Assembly (NCBI GenBank): GCA_016185705.1
Contig: JACPMZ010000003.1
Span: 74,900-138,899, forward strand
Length of the DNA stretch: 64,000 nucleotides
DNA from: Candidatus Woesearchaeota archaeon
Lineage (GTDB): Archaea; Nanobdellota; Nanobdellia; Woesearchaeales; UBA10216
Reading direction: 5' to 3'
Positions 20,050 to 30,500 of this stretch are shown in pieces; the first letter of the stretch is position 1, and the number at the start of each line of letters is the position of its first letter. The notes below the pieces were generated by a model. The model did not search any database. It was not told the origin of the DNA and worked only from the letters and a program-made list of their open reading frames with translations. Both the position numbers and the translations under genes were made by a program.

Positions 20050-20182
20050 AGCCCCGTAGTGTAGCGGCCAACCACACCAGCCTTTGGACGCAGAGGAAAG
20101 CTGGGGACGGCGGTTCGAACGAGAAATCGGAGATTTCTGGTGTCCCAGAACCTCCGGTTCTGCGACAATCCGCCCGGGGCTA
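20050..20182 (+). tRNA. trnQ: tRNA-Gln(UUG) with two introns (11 nt at 37/38: 20088-20098; 49 nt at 59/60: 20120-20168)
   Basis: The spliced sequence AGCCCCG-TA-GTGTAGCGGCCAACCAC-A-CCAGC-CTTTGGA-GCTGG-GGAC-GGCGG-TTCGAAT-CCGCC-CGGGGCT-A folds as a cloverleaf. It has the A1-U72 pair typical of archaeal tRNA-Gln and relaxed bulge-helix-bulge junctions. Confidence 0.9.
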
Positions 20183-20229
20183 TGCTCTAATCCACAAAAT
20201 TTATATACTGGTTCTAACATGTTATAACA

Positions 20230-20427
20230 ATGGAGCTTGTTTTTACCCTTCACGCCAAACGGCAAATGGTTGAGCGGGGTATCAGTAAGCAACAAGTCAT
20301 TGATACAATCAAAAAAGGAGGGAAAGTCAGGCAAACAGATGGTTTGCTTGCATCTTACGCTTACATTAAGGTCGCATTTAAAATCAGGGGAGAAAAATAT
20401 ATCATTAAAACGGTCATGATAACATGA
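20230..20427 (+). CDS. DUF4258/RelE-like putative toxin
   Basis: FTLHAKRQMVERGIS...YIIKTVM pattern. ATGA-coupled to a zinc-finger partner. Confidence 0.72.
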   Translation: MELVFTLHAKRQMVERGISKQQVIDTIKKGGKVRQTDGLLASYAYIKVAFKIRGEKYIIKTVMIT

Positions 20428-20753
20428 GCATATGCTATGTCTGTGACAAAGGAAAATTGTTGAAGAAGAAAGTTGATTTCAAAGTATACGGCGTAAGTCT
20501 GGGCAAATTCAACGCTGAAGTTTGCGGTAATTGCGGTGAAACATACTTTAGCGAGAGGGTGTCTGATGAAATGGACACTATTGCCAAGAAAAAGGGGCTG
20601 TGGGGATTGGAAGCAACGACAAAAGTCGGCAAAGTTGGCAATTCCATCGATATTAAAATTAATAAACGCATTGCAGATTTTGCCGGATTAAGGAAAGGGG
20701 AGGAAGTAAGGATATACCCTGAGGGCAGAAATAAACTCATCATATCTGTTTAG
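20424..20753 (+). CDS. YgiT/MqsA-type zinc finger plus AbrB-like domain putative antitoxin
   Basis: CYVCDKG...CGNCGETYF, then KVGKVGNSIDIKI...GLRKGEEVRI. Confidence 0.75.
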   Translation: MSICYVCDKGKLLKKKVDFKVYGVSLGKFNAEVCGNCGETYFSERVSDEMDTIAKKKGLWGLEATTKVGKVGNSIDIKINKRIADFAGLRKGEEVRIYPEGRNKLIISV

Positions 20754-20755
20754 CG

Positions 20756-20770
20756 TCCGCCCGGGGCTAT
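20756..20770 (+). repeat. Duplicated tRNA-Gln 3' end (att-like), copy 2
   Basis: tccgcccggggctat is identical to 20169-20183. Confidence 0.85.
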
Positions 20771-20813
20771 TTCTGTAGCAAATTTTATATACGGCAATAT
20801 GTTGAATACTCCT

Positions 20814-21023
20814 ATGGGCAAGAAATATACCATAATAGTGGAAAAAGACGAAGCTGGTTGGCTGGTCTCTGAAGTAGTTGAACTTCCCGGTTGCCATACC
20901 CAAGCAAAGGATATGAATCAGCTTATAGAGAGGACTAAGGAAGCCATACAAGCTTATCTGGAAAACGGGGAGCAACCCGAAATTTCTGAGGAATTCGTTG
21001 GCGTTCAGCAGATAGAGGTGTAG
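20814..21023 (+). CDS. hicB: HicB family antitoxin
   Basis: YTIIVEKDEAGWLVSEVVELPGCHTQAKDMNQLIERTKEAIQAYL. Confidence 0.85.
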   Translation: MGKKYTIIVEKDEAGWLVSEVVELPGCHTQAKDMNQLIERTKEAIQAYLENGEQPEISEEFVGVQQIEV

Positions 21024-21027
21024 TTCT

Positions 21028-21093
21028 TTGGCTAAATTGCCAAGACTGACTGGGAAGGAACTTGCTAAAGTTGCAGAGAAATTTGGATTTGAA
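21028..21093 (+). pseudogene. hicA: Truncated HicA toxin (N-terminal 22 codons)
   Basis: TTG start 4 nt after hicB: MAKLPRLTGKELAKVAEKFGFE. It then runs into the tRNA 3'-end repeat before the catalytic GSH motif. Confidence 0.8.
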
Positions 21094-21108
21094 TCCGCCC
21101 GGGGCTAT
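21091..21108 (+). repeat. Duplicated tRNA-Gln 3' end (att-like), copy 3
   Basis: gaatccgcccggggctat matches the spliced tRNA T-loop/acceptor end. Confidence 0.85.
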
Positions 21109-21144
21109 TTTATCAGTATGCAAACACTTATATAACTAAATCCT

Positions 21145-21993
21145 ATGCCTAAAAGCATGAGCAAGGTCATCCTAATCACCGGCTGCTCCTCAGGAATAGG
21201 ATTGGCAACAGCAATATTTCTCGCAAAGCAGGGCAACAAAGTGTATGCTTCCATGAGGGATTTGAACAGGAAAGGGAGTTTAATGGCTGAAGCAGCGAAT
21301 GCAGGCGTTTCTGTCGAATTACTGCAGCTGGATGTTACTGACGACAACAGCGTAAAAAAAGCAGCAGCCCAAATCATTGAAAAAGAAGGCAGAATTGACG
21401 TTCTGATTAACAACTCAGGCTACGGATTAATGGGCGCTGCCGAGAGCGTTACAATTGAAGAAGCCAAGGCAGAGTTTGAAGTAAATTTTTTCGGTCTGCT
21501 GAGAGTCACCCAAGCTGTGCTTCCGCATATGCGCAAGCAGAAGTCAGGGCACATCATCAACATAAGCAGCATAGCAGGAATAAAGGCAATGCCGGCCTCT
21601 GACTTGTACAACGCCTCAAAGTTTGCTGTCGAGGGGCTGACAGAGGCGATGGCTCCAACTCTGCGTCTGCTTGGCATAAAAACGAGCCTGATAGAGCCGG
21701 GCCCTGTTGCAACAAAATTCGTGCCTTCAATAAGATTTGGAAGCAGGCAGGCAGGAAAAGCAGAATACGCTGGCGCAATGGAAAAAATGAGCGCTTCCCG
21801 CAGAGAACGCTTCAGCTCTGCCCAGAAGCCTGAAGAAATCGCTGCAATAATCAATGAAGCAATCACTGCCAAAAAGCCGCATCTTCGCTACCAGACAAGC
21901 GACTGGGTGAAAAATGCTGCGAAGGACAAGCTTGCTGAACTTACGGGCGACAGCATAGTTGACAGCTACATGGATACGCTAAAAAGAGAATAG
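21145..21993 (+). CDS. Short-chain dehydrogenase/reductase
   Basis: ITGCSSGIG, NNSG and YNASK motifs. Confidence 0.92.
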   Translation: MPKSMSKVILITGCSSGIGLATAIFLAKQGNKVYASMRDLNRKGSLMAEAANAGVSVELLQLDVTDDNSVKKAAAQIIEKEGRIDVLINNSGYGLMGAAESVTIEEAKAEFEVNFFGLLRVTQAVLPHMRKQKSGHIINISSIAGIKAMPASDLYNASKFAVEGLTEAMAPTLRLLGIKTSLIEPGPVATKFVPSIRFGSRQAGKAEYAGAMEKMSASRRERFSSAQKPEEIAAIINEAITAKKPHLRYQTSDWVKNAAKDKLAELTGDSIVDSYMDTLKRE

Positions 21994-22022
21994 GCCCTGG
22001 CGCCGGGAAGCACCACACCAAA

Positions 22023-22322
22023 ATGAGAGCATCATACAAACAGAAATGCATAGTCTGCAGAAAGAACCATGCCTTAGTTACATGGAAAAACCGCGTCCCT
22101 GTCTGCACGGAATGCAGGATGCGGGAGATTAACAGGCCCATAACAGAGCCAAAATTCAGGAAGCTGTTTGATGTTGACAAATCCCTGTATGAAAAATCCG
22201 GGTTTTTAAGAAACATAAAGGCGAGCTACCTGCGCTTTGGAAACCTCAGCGAGAAGCAGATAGAAACGTTCAAAAAAGTCGTTGAGGAAGTCAAGAAAAA
22301 ATCTAATAGTAAATCTCATTAA
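22023..22322 (+). CDS. Hypothetical zinc-binding protein
   Basis: Two CxxC motifs (CIVC, CTEC) and host-like codon usage. Confidence 0.65.
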   Translation: MRASYKQKCIVCRKNHALVTWKNRVPVCTECRMREINRPITEPKFRKLFDVDKSLYEKSGFLRNIKASYLRFGNLSEKQIETFKKVVEEVKKKSNSKSH

Positions 22323-22365
22323 TTTATGAATAAAGAGTGAGATTTACCAAATAGCAAATCGCAAT

Positions 22366-23076
22366 TTAAAAGTTCAAGTATTTATGCGATTTGCTATAAC
22401 GATACCGGAAAATAAGGTTCTTTTCTGAGAACATATTGCCTAGATTGAATTTTTTGGCAACAACCTCTGGAACTGTCATGTAAGCAACCAAAATTCTGCC
22501 AGCGTGCTTCTTCGCTTTTTCAGCGAGCAAACCTTTTTTCACCGCAGACAGAGCAACAGTTGTTTTTGCCCTTATGCACGGGTCGTAAGCTTTTCCAGTA
22601 GTTGCGTCAAGCCCGGAGGGAAGGTCAATTGAGAGTATTTGAACCTTTGAATTATTTGCTGCCCGAATCATTTCAGCATATCTGCTGCGGGGATTTCCGC
22701 TGATGTTGTAGCCGAGCAGCCCGTCAATAATCAAGCCGTATTTGCTGTAATCAACTTTTTTTGCCTCCTTTACACCCATGCGCTGCAGTATTTTCCACTG
22801 ATGCAGCGGAACCGGCTTTAATTTACTGCCTGCAAAGCAAACGTCAACCCTGTAACCCCAATTAATCAGATGACGGGCAGCAACCAAAGAGTCGCCGCCG
22901 TTATTCCCAGTGCCTGACAATACAAGTATTTTCTTTCTTTTATCATTCTTAACAATGGAAGTAGCTGCAGCCGCAACAAAAAAGCCAGCAAGCTCCATCA
23001 TTCTCGGAACGTCAATGCCGAGCTTAATCATGGCTTTATCCAGCGCAGTCATTTGAGTTTTTGTTAATGGTTTCAT
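22366..23076 (-). CDS. nnrE: NAD(P)H-hydrate epimerase (YjeF_N)
   Basis: MMELAG, GTGNNGGD, IIDGLLG and SIDLPSG motifs. Confidence 0.9.
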   Translation of the reverse strand: MKPLTKTQMTALDKAMIKLGIDVPRMMELAGFFVAAAATSIVKNDKRKKILVLSGTGNNGGDSLVAARHLINWGYRVDVCFAGSKLKPVPLHQWKILQRMGVKEAKKVDYSKYGLIIDGLLGYNISGNPRSRYAEMIRAANNSKVQILSIDLPSGLDATTGKAYDPCIRAKTTVALSAVKKGLLAEKAKKHAGRILVAYMTVPEVVAKKFNLGNMFSEKNLIFRYRYSKSHKYLNF

Positions 23077-23678
23077 TTTTTTACCGCAATAACCATGAAG
23101 TATTTAATCAAGCCAAGGTGATTGTATTTTTTGTGAATCCTTATCTTAAATCCCAAATATTTCAAGTAATCAATAAACTCTGCTTCATTATACATTTGGT
23201 CGTATGGATGTGCTAGCAGCTTTTTGCCAATCCTGCCGATGAATGTGTTAAACGTGTCTGATGATAAATCTATTAATATAAATTCACCCCTGGGTTTTAA
23301 TATACGCTTTATCTCTTTCAGGCAGTCTTTCCAGTTAGGTATGTGGTGTATAACAGCGAAATCAAAAACAGCATCAAAGCTGGCATTTTTATATTTAAGA
23401 TTTGCTGCATCACGAACCTCAAACATTATAGAAGCGTCTTTGCTCTTTTTCTTAGCTAACTTTATCATTCTGGCGTCCAGATCAATTGCATAAATTTTTT
23501 TTGGAGAAAAATACCTCTTTATTTGCCGAGTTGCAGCACCGTTCCCGCACCCAATCTCTAAAACAACCTTGTTCTTAGGCAGCTGTGATAGCTGTTTTAC
23601 TTTTTTAACTTCAATCCTTTTGATGCTGTCGCTTATGGGATTATTTACAAGTATAAATTCCAACCTGTTCAATAGCAT
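23073..23678 (-). CDS. Class I SAM-dependent methyltransferase
   Basis: VLEIGCGNG, SFDAV, IHHIPNW and RILKPRG motifs. Confidence 0.88.
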   Translation of the reverse strand: MLLNRLEFILVNNPISDSIKRIEVKKVKQLSQLPKNKVVLEIGCGNGAATRQIKRYFSPKKIYAIDLDARMIKLAKKKSKDASIMFEVRDAANLKYKNASFDAVFDFAVIHHIPNWKDCLKEIKRILKPRGEFILIDLSSDTFNTFIGRIGKKLLAHPYDQMYNEAEFIDYLKYLGFKIRIHKKYNHLGLIKYFMVIAVKK

Positions 23679-24311
23679 TTAATGTTGGTTGTTCGCTTTC
23701 CTTAATAAATTTATCACTTCCTCATCCTCCACCTGCTGGAAATCCCGGTAAAACTCGCCAACAGCCATGAAGTATGCAGGGTGCTCCAGCACTATGAGCT
23801 TATCCACCTTGTCCTTTACAAGCTGCAGGCTTTCAGGAGGCCCCACTGGAATTGCAGCAACAATTTTTTTTGGATTCTGAGATTTAACGCAGCTAACGGC
23901 AGCCAAAAAAGTATGGCCTGTGGCTATCCCGTCATCTGCAATAACCACTGTCCTGTCCTTCATATCCGGCAAACCGGCTTTTCCTGTTAATTCCATGTAA
24001 CGGCGCTTGATAGATGATTTAAGGTTTTTCACTTCTGCATCAATATACTGCCTGCTGATGCCGTGGAGAGCAATCAACTGGCTGTCCAGCAAAACAACAT
24101 CATTGCATACAGCGCCTACAGCAAGCTCCGGCTGACCAGGGTAAGGAATCTTTTTTGAAATCAAAATGCCCAAATTGCTTTTGAGCTGTTTGGCAATGGC
24201 ATAGCCAACCTCAACGCCGCCGCGGGGAATGGCAAGCACCAGCGCACCCTTACAGCTGCCGAGCCTGTCAGCCAGCAGCCTGCCTGCCTCAAACCTGTCA
24301 GCAAACACCAT
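23679..24311 (-). CDS. Phosphoribosyltransferase family protein
   Basis: FADRFEAG, LAIPRGG and VVIADDGIATG (PRPP loop). Start set at MVFADR. Confidence 0.88.
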   Translation of the reverse strand: MVFADRFEAGRLLADRLGSCKGALVLAIPRGGVEVGYAIAKQLKSNLGILISKKIPYPGQPELAVGAVCNDVVLLDSQLIALHGISRQYIDAEVKNLKSSIKRRYMELTGKAGLPDMKDRTVVIADDGIATGHTFLAAVSCVKSQNPKKIVAAIPVGPPESLQLVKDKVDKLIVLEHPAYFMAVGEFYRDFQQVEDEEVINLLRKANNQH

Positions 24312-24364
24312 GCAACTGTGCAGGCAGGAAAGGTTTAAAAAGCTAATTAATGCAAAACGTATCA

Positions 24365-24565
24365 ATGGCCAAGAAAAAGCGCAAAATAACAATGTGCAGG
24401 GACTACTTCGGATTCGGCGCAGTTTCCATATTAGCAGGTTTAGCATTTCTTACAATAACCTTGCTGACAACCGCCACTGTTCTGAGATTTTTCATAACCG
24501 GGTTCTTTATTGCGCTGGGAGTTATTGATCTGGCGTTGTATGCGATATTCAGGGAGAAGGGGTAA
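24365..24565 (+). CDS. Small 2-TM membrane protein
   Basis: Basic N-terminus followed by two hydrophobic stretches. Confidence 0.55.
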   Translation: MAKKKRKITMCRDYFGFGAVSILAGLAFLTITLLTTATVLRFFITGFFIALGVIDLALYAIFREKG

Positions 24566-24634
24566 GCTACGTTTTCCGGCTCGGCACCGAACAGTCAGTA
24601 AACTTTATAAACCACTCCGAACCTGCGCTGTGCT

Positions 24635-25090
24635 ATGGCACGGATGTATTCAAAGAAGCGCGGAAGAGCAGGATCAAAAAAGCCCCTGCGAACAGATAAG
24701 CCAACATGGGTTAGGTATAAAGCAAAGGAAATAGAACTGCTTATCTCAAAAATCGCCAAAGAAGGAAAAGCGCCCTCCCAGATTGGACTGGTATTGCGGG
24801 ACCTCTACGGCGTGCCAAGCACAAAATTAATTACAAAAAAAAGGGTAACACAGATAATGCGGGAAAAAAGCGTCGCACCAGCTGTTCCTGAAGACCTGAT
24901 GGCTCTTATAAGAAAAAATATAATGATCAAAAAGCACCTTGAGCGCAATAAGCATGACATGACGGCAGTGCACGGCCTTGAGCTCACTGAATCGCACATC
25001 AAAAGGGTAGTTGACTATTACAAACGAACCAAGAAGCTGGCAGCTGACTGGAAGTATGACCCGGCCAAGATAAAGCTGATGATTGAATAG
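24635..25090 (+). CDS. rps15: 30S ribosomal protein uS15 (archaeal S15/S13e)
   Basis: MARMYSKKRGRAGSKKP, PSQIGLVLRD, PEDL and WKYDP motifs. Confidence 0.97.
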   Translation: MARMYSKKRGRAGSKKPLRTDKPTWVRYKAKEIELLISKIAKEGKAPSQIGLVLRDLYGVPSTKLITKKRVTQIMREKSVAPAVPEDLMALIRKNIMIKKHLERNKHDMTAVHGLELTESHIKRVVDYYKRTKKLAADWKYDPAKIKLMIE

Positions 25091-25223
25091 TTAATATCCC
25101 TGATTCGCACCGCTTCCAATGGCGATACTGGAAAAATTTACTTCACACTTTCTGCAAAGTCAGCTTCTTAACTGTCCGCCCCGACCTATTTGATGATGCT
25201 CCCTTCTCCCTACAATTCAATCA

Positions 25224-25274
25224 CCGCTGCTTTTTCCCTCCCCTTAATTTTTAAGGGAGGGAAAAAAGCAGCGG
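25224..25274. repeat. Intergenic palindrome family, copy 1
   Basis: ccgctgctttttccctccccttaa-ttt-ttaagggagggaaaaaagcagcgg. Confidence 0.85.
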
Positions 25275-25392
25275 CAATACCGAAAGAGGCAGCAGGGCGC
25301 CCTGTACACTTGGAAAGCTTACTTTATACTTTCACAAACTTTAAATAAGACACGGCTACAGCCAATCATCGTAATTTTCTGCAAGTGATACG

Positions 25393-26799
25393 ATGGACAA
25401 ATACGCAAGATTTCAAGAGCTGGTCAATTCAGCTGCTCAAGACTTCTCAAAGACAAGCAAAAACGAAATCATAAGGGTAGTTTCCCATCTCGATGCAGAC
25501 GGGCTGAGCAGCGCAGCAGTCCTGATAAAGGCGTTAAGCAGCGACAACAGAAAATACTCGCTGTCCACCGTGCACCAGCTGGATGAAGACGAAGTCAGGC
25601 AATTATCCTTTGAGCCGTACGCCTGCGTGTTCTTTACAGACATAGGCTCCGGCCAGCTCAGCCTGATAAAAAAGCATCTGAAGGGCAAAAAAGTTTTCAT
25701 ACTGGACCACCACCAGCTCGAAGAAACGGACGGAGGCAGCAACATTGTCCACGTAAATCCGCACCTGGCCGGGGTGAATGGCAGCCGAGAGGTGAGCGGC
25801 TCAGGCGTAACGTACCTGTTTGCAAAAGCGCTGAACGCTGCAAACGTCAACCTTGCTCACATTGCATTGCTCGGAGCAATGGGCGATATGCAGGAAAACA
25901 GCGGCTTTGAAAAGCTGAATGCGCAGATACTTGAAGATGCCAAAGAATCCGGAAAGATAAAAGTCATAACCGGGCTGAGGGTATTCGGAGCTCACACAAG
26001 GCCTCTGCACAAGGTCATAGAGCGCAGCAGCGAACACCCAATACCGGGAATAACAGGCAGCGAAAGCGCTTCCCTGATGTTTTTGCAGCACCTCGGCATA
26101 AATCCGCGGAACGGCGAAGGGTGGAAGAAGCTGACAGACCTCACAGACGAAGAACTCCAGAAACTGGCGACAGCCATAATAGTAAGACGGCTTGACCAGG
26201 AAAAGCCCGAAGCAATACTTGGCCCGGTGTACATCCTGCAAAACGAAAAAAAAGACTCTCCACTGAAAGATGCGAAGGAATTCTCATCAGTATTAAATGC
26301 GTGCGGCAGGCTGGGCAAAGCCTCAGCAGGAATAGGAGCGCTGCTCGGACACAGCGGGAGCAAGGAGCAGGCGATAAAAACGCTGCGAAGCTACAAGCGC
26401 CACATCGCAAATGCATTAACCTGGTATAAAACAGCAAAAAAAGGCATAATCAAGGGAAAAGGATACATAATAATAAACGCCGAGGAAAACATAATGCCCA
26501 CAATAATAGGAACGCTTGCCTCCATGCTCTCCAAATCAGGAGAAATAGAAGAAGGCAGCATAATCCTGTCAATGGCGCAGACAGACAAAGACAAAACCAA
26601 AGTCAGCATAAGGATAAGCGGCAACAAAGATGTTAATTTAAAAGAAATAATAAATAAAATAACAATAACAGTAAACGGCATGGCAGGCGGCCACCACCAG
26701 GCGGCAGGAGCACTAATAGATACTGCCAGAGAAACAGAGTTCATTGAGGCAGCCAAAAGAATCCTTGAAATGCAGGCGATGGAGGAGAAGGTGGCTTAG
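25393..26799 (+). CDS. DHH family phosphoesterase (RecJ-like)
   Basis: HLDADG, TDIG, LDHH and GGHHQAAG motifs. Sits in the usual position downstream of rps15. Confidence 0.92.
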   Translation: MDKYARFQELVNSAAQDFSKTSKNEIIRVVSHLDADGLSSAAVLIKALSSDNRKYSLSTVHQLDEDEVRQLSFEPYACVFFTDIGSGQLSLIKKHLKGKKVFILDHHQLEETDGGSNIVHVNPHLAGVNGSREVSGSGVTYLFAKALNAANVNLAHIALLGAMGDMQENSGFEKLNAQILEDAKESGKIKVITGLRVFGAHTRPLHKVIERSSEHPIPGITGSESASLMFLQHLGINPRNGEGWKKLTDLTDEELQKLATAIIVRRLDQEKPEAILGPVYILQNEKKDSPLKDAKEFSSVLNACGRLGKASAGIGALLGHSGSKEQAIKTLRSYKRHIANALTWYKTAKKGIIKGKGYIIINAEENIMPTIIGTLASMLSKSGEIEEGSIILSMAQTDKDKTKVSIRISGNKDVNLKEIINKITITVNGMAGGHHQAAGALIDTARETEFIEAAKRILEMQAMEEKVA

Positions 26800-27470
26800 T
26801 AAACGTAGCTGTCCCTTCTTGCGTGTTTGTAGATGAGCAGTCCAACTGCAGCTATGACTGCCACGCTGACCAAGATTATCGCGTATGTGATTAGATTGTT
26901 GCGGTCATCCCTGCCCTCCTGACTTGACATTTCAACTTTTTCAATAAAGCAATCTGCATCCACTGAAGAATCACAATCAGGGTCACATACGTTATCCTGA
27001 AGCTCCACGCAGTAACCATCCGCCGTACCTGCAGGGCAGTCTTCACTACACGATCCATAGTTCTCCTGATCCTGGCAAATGTTGTCGCCACAAACGTTTG
27101 CAAATCTTAAGACGTCTATTTCTGCTAACGTTGCTCCATCGGGCGCTGACAGACGTATCAGCGCCCCATCCCGAAAGTAAGCAGCGGAAACAAGATTAGA
27201 TTCAATAGCCATACTGTGATGATCTGTGATAACTACTTCCGGATCGTTCGTTGGACTATGTGTGTGATAGTCAAACCCCTCCTCCAATCCAAACGTAAAT
27301 GTATCTAATACTTCGTTATCCTGCGATATAAGAAAATACCGGTAGTCACCTGGCAAGTTTGATATAAATCCTTCACCAATACTGACATCAGCGACCACAT
27401 CCCCGCTATCGCCTGAAAGTTCAATCCGATAAATTTTATCAGTTGCACTTACGAACGTACTTAACGCCAA
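26796..27470 (-). CDS. Hypothetical surface protein with a Cys-rich module and C-terminal TM anchor
   Basis: CGDNIC...CSEDC...CDPDC and a C-terminal hydrophobic helix followed by KHARR. Start uncertain. Confidence 0.7.
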   Translation of the reverse strand: MALSTFVSATDKIYRIELSGDSGDVVADVSIGEGFISNLPGDYRYFLISQDNEVLDTFTFGLEEGFDYHTHSPTNDPEVVITDHHSMAIESNLVSAAYFRDGALIRLSAPDGATLAEIDVLRFANVCGDNICQDQENYGSCSEDCPAGTADGYCVELQDNVCDPDCDSSVDADCFIEKVEMSSQEGRDDRNNLITYAIILVSVAVIAAVGLLIYKHARRDSYVY

Positions 27471-27505
27471 AAATATGCATGCAACTGCAAAAATTTTTTT
27501 GTTAA

Positions 27506-30500
27506 TTATCCTACACCACCTGTTGCCAATTTATCACTCAATACCTTTTTTTCTATTGGACTGTAACCATTTACCAAATAACGATCCGAACACATCACAT
27601 TTACCGATGTTGGCCATGGCTTGAAGCGGTCTGAATGAGCACCGCCTTTTCTAACGGTAACCCCCCCTACTACTTTAACTCCCGCATCTCCGCACCCGGG
27701 GTAGCAACCCATATCTCCCCACTTAAGATATTCTGGATTATTCCATTCTGCGCACGGCTGGTCTGCTGATACCTGAATTTCACCGCAAGCCGGATTGTGG
27801 AATCCAGGATCTGCCGGAACTAGTAGTTCAGGGTTACCACCACAAGTATGTGGGAAATTCCCAAGCGCATGACCCAATTCGTGCAGCATTACCGGCTTTA
27901 CAACATCATCGGCGCTTCCATGCCAGTCCGGACATCTGCCGTCTGAAGCGCATGGCGGAATCCCACTTGGAACAACTACCATATTGTATCCACCGCTGGC
28001 CTCTCCGCTGTCCTTTGCGACCACAATAATCTGGTCGACCGGACAAGTCATAGCAATCTCACGGATTTTGGCAGTGTGAGCTCTACAGTCTTCCGTGTAA
28101 TCGTCAAAAATCAGTTCAGGATCATACCGGCCCACCTTGTAAACACTAAATAGATCTAAGCTGGTACTGAATGGCTCAATTTCTCTGAAAGTATCGGCAA
28201 TTTCATCTGCATAATAATCAAACCGAGCACTTTCACTCTCTTTAAACAAGCAGGGCACAACAACAAAATTAACATTATTGCCGCTACCAAGTATGCGTTC
28301 ACATTGCGCTGAGGAAACAATCAACTCTGCAGTGTCCAGCACATGGTAATTATCATCCGAATTCCTACCTAACACGCTAAACTCATGAACACCCGAACCA
28401 TAAGATGAGGTATCAAATGAAACGGCAAAGACTTCATCCCCCGCATCCCCGTCACCATGCCCGCCATCATCGTACAGATCTAAGTATTTACCCTCTGTAT
28501 TACTTCTCAGCAAAATATCCTTGCCACCAAAACCTTTAGCCAGAACGACTGCCGTGACATACCCTCCCCCGACAACATTCTCAGGGTCTAAGGCTAAGAT
28601 AACAGTTGGCTGGATAGTTTTCACTGAAAAGTCTGTAACCTTTTGATTTTGATTAAAGCCTTTTCCAACGACTCCGGCAAAACCATTTATCAACTCAATA
28701 TCGTCCACTACTATGTCCCACTCATCTGGTTCAATCTCGTTTATACCCCACACTTTTGCCCTCATCGTATCACCTTCGAACATGATTATTACATATACTT
28801 CGTCGCCACCATTAAACTTCTTGGTGACAATAGGTGCTATATAAGTAAACTGTGCTATATCAGTAACCGGGTAGTTCTTTTTTTCGTTAATAGTGAACCC
28901 CAGCAGCTTCTGGTTGGTCCGAAGTTCGACATTTAGGCAATAACCTGTTATTGCATCTATGCTCATCCTACCACACAGCATTAACAGTTCAAAAGATTCA
29001 TCCGGCAAATCTATTCGCCCAGATATTATGCCATCTGAAAATTTGTGATTCAAGTTGATTATTGCAGCATAATTATTATCCTTAAGAGTTATTGTATCTT
29101 TCTCAATTGCCCATTCCCCTTCTATACTCCGCCACCCACCTAAGCACAATCCTCCAGCAGCGCAAGCGCTTCCGTCACCACACAAACACTGCTTTTCTAC
29201 TACCCCCCTGCAACTCCCATCCGGCATAGCAGTATCGCCTAAAGGACAGCCGCACTGTCTATTATCACTCATTAATCTTCCGTTATTGCAGAAGTATGGC
29301 TTTGTGGAGGAGCATTCTCCGTTTGCCGTCCCGTCACCGCATTTGCTCTCATGTTCAAGAGAAGCAAATTCATTTTTACCGTAACTATAGAAGCCAACAT
29401 ATCCCGTGGAATACTCCCTGTCCTTTCCAAAAAGAGTCCAACCAAAAGGTTCAGGCAATCCTTTTTCCCAGACTTTTCCCAGAAACAGGTCGCCTTCTGA
29501 TTTAAATCTCATTGAACTGCCTTTCACGCCACTAAAGCCCGCACTTAGATCGATGGTGGAGCTCCCAAGCTTCTTAATCTCAACCCAGTTGTCGTCGGTT
29601 TGCCTTAAACAGTATGCTTCACCATTGTCCCTGATTCTGCCGCAAATACCCCTATAATTCCCAGTTGCAAGAGCATCTTCAAATGTGGTGGTTATGTCAA
29701 AATCACGCACAATCCCTATATCCTGAACAGCAAGAATTCCTGAGATGCCGGTACCAGTATGCAGAGGATTGGCACTGCTGCAATCCCATATGCCAGCTAT
29801 GCTTTTAAATCCCCATAATTTACATGAAGCCAGTGGGCATTCTGCACTCCCAGAGAATGCTCCCGGTGTTTTGCATGAATCGGCTTTCTCAACACGCACT
29901 TGTATCTTTTCGCCTTCAGGAAACGGAGAAAGCGCATCAAAATTTCTGATAGAGTTCTGTGCCACCACAAGTGTCCTGCATTCATCACTTCCATAATTCG
30001 CGCCTGCCGGGCATTCCAATACCAAATATTCCTTGGCACCCTCTACTTCACTCCATGAGGATTCCAAAGTGTAACGTTCACCATCATAGGATATTTCGCA
30101 TTGACTAATTTCAGGAACCTCACATTCAGGCAGCTCAATGCATTCCCCAACACAAAGATACCCCTGCGGGCATGTCTTTGGAAACTGATTGCCAGTAACA
30201 CTCACGCAGTCAGCATAACCACTGCACGGCTTTGGTCTGACATTATATGAGTATTTCTGAGCAAAGTCCTCACAAACAGCGCCGCATCCGGTGTCAAGAA
30301 GGCAACTGTAAATTTCAGTGTCTATTCCCGGCACTCCTAACTGACCTAAATCCTCAACTGTGCACACTTCATTTGCAGCGCAACTGGTATCACCACATTC
30401 AACGCCGCATTTGCCTGCATTTTGTCGGCCAGTATCAGTATCTCCAGGCAGGCTTGGCGGGGCATCTGCCCTGCAGGCACCTTCCCTGCACTTGCTATCG

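Noticed and set aside
20169..21108. Three repeats read as a CRISPR array
   Set aside because: The repeats are 15-18 bp tRNA 3' ends, the intervals are 340-590 bp and gene-containing, and no cas genes are present.
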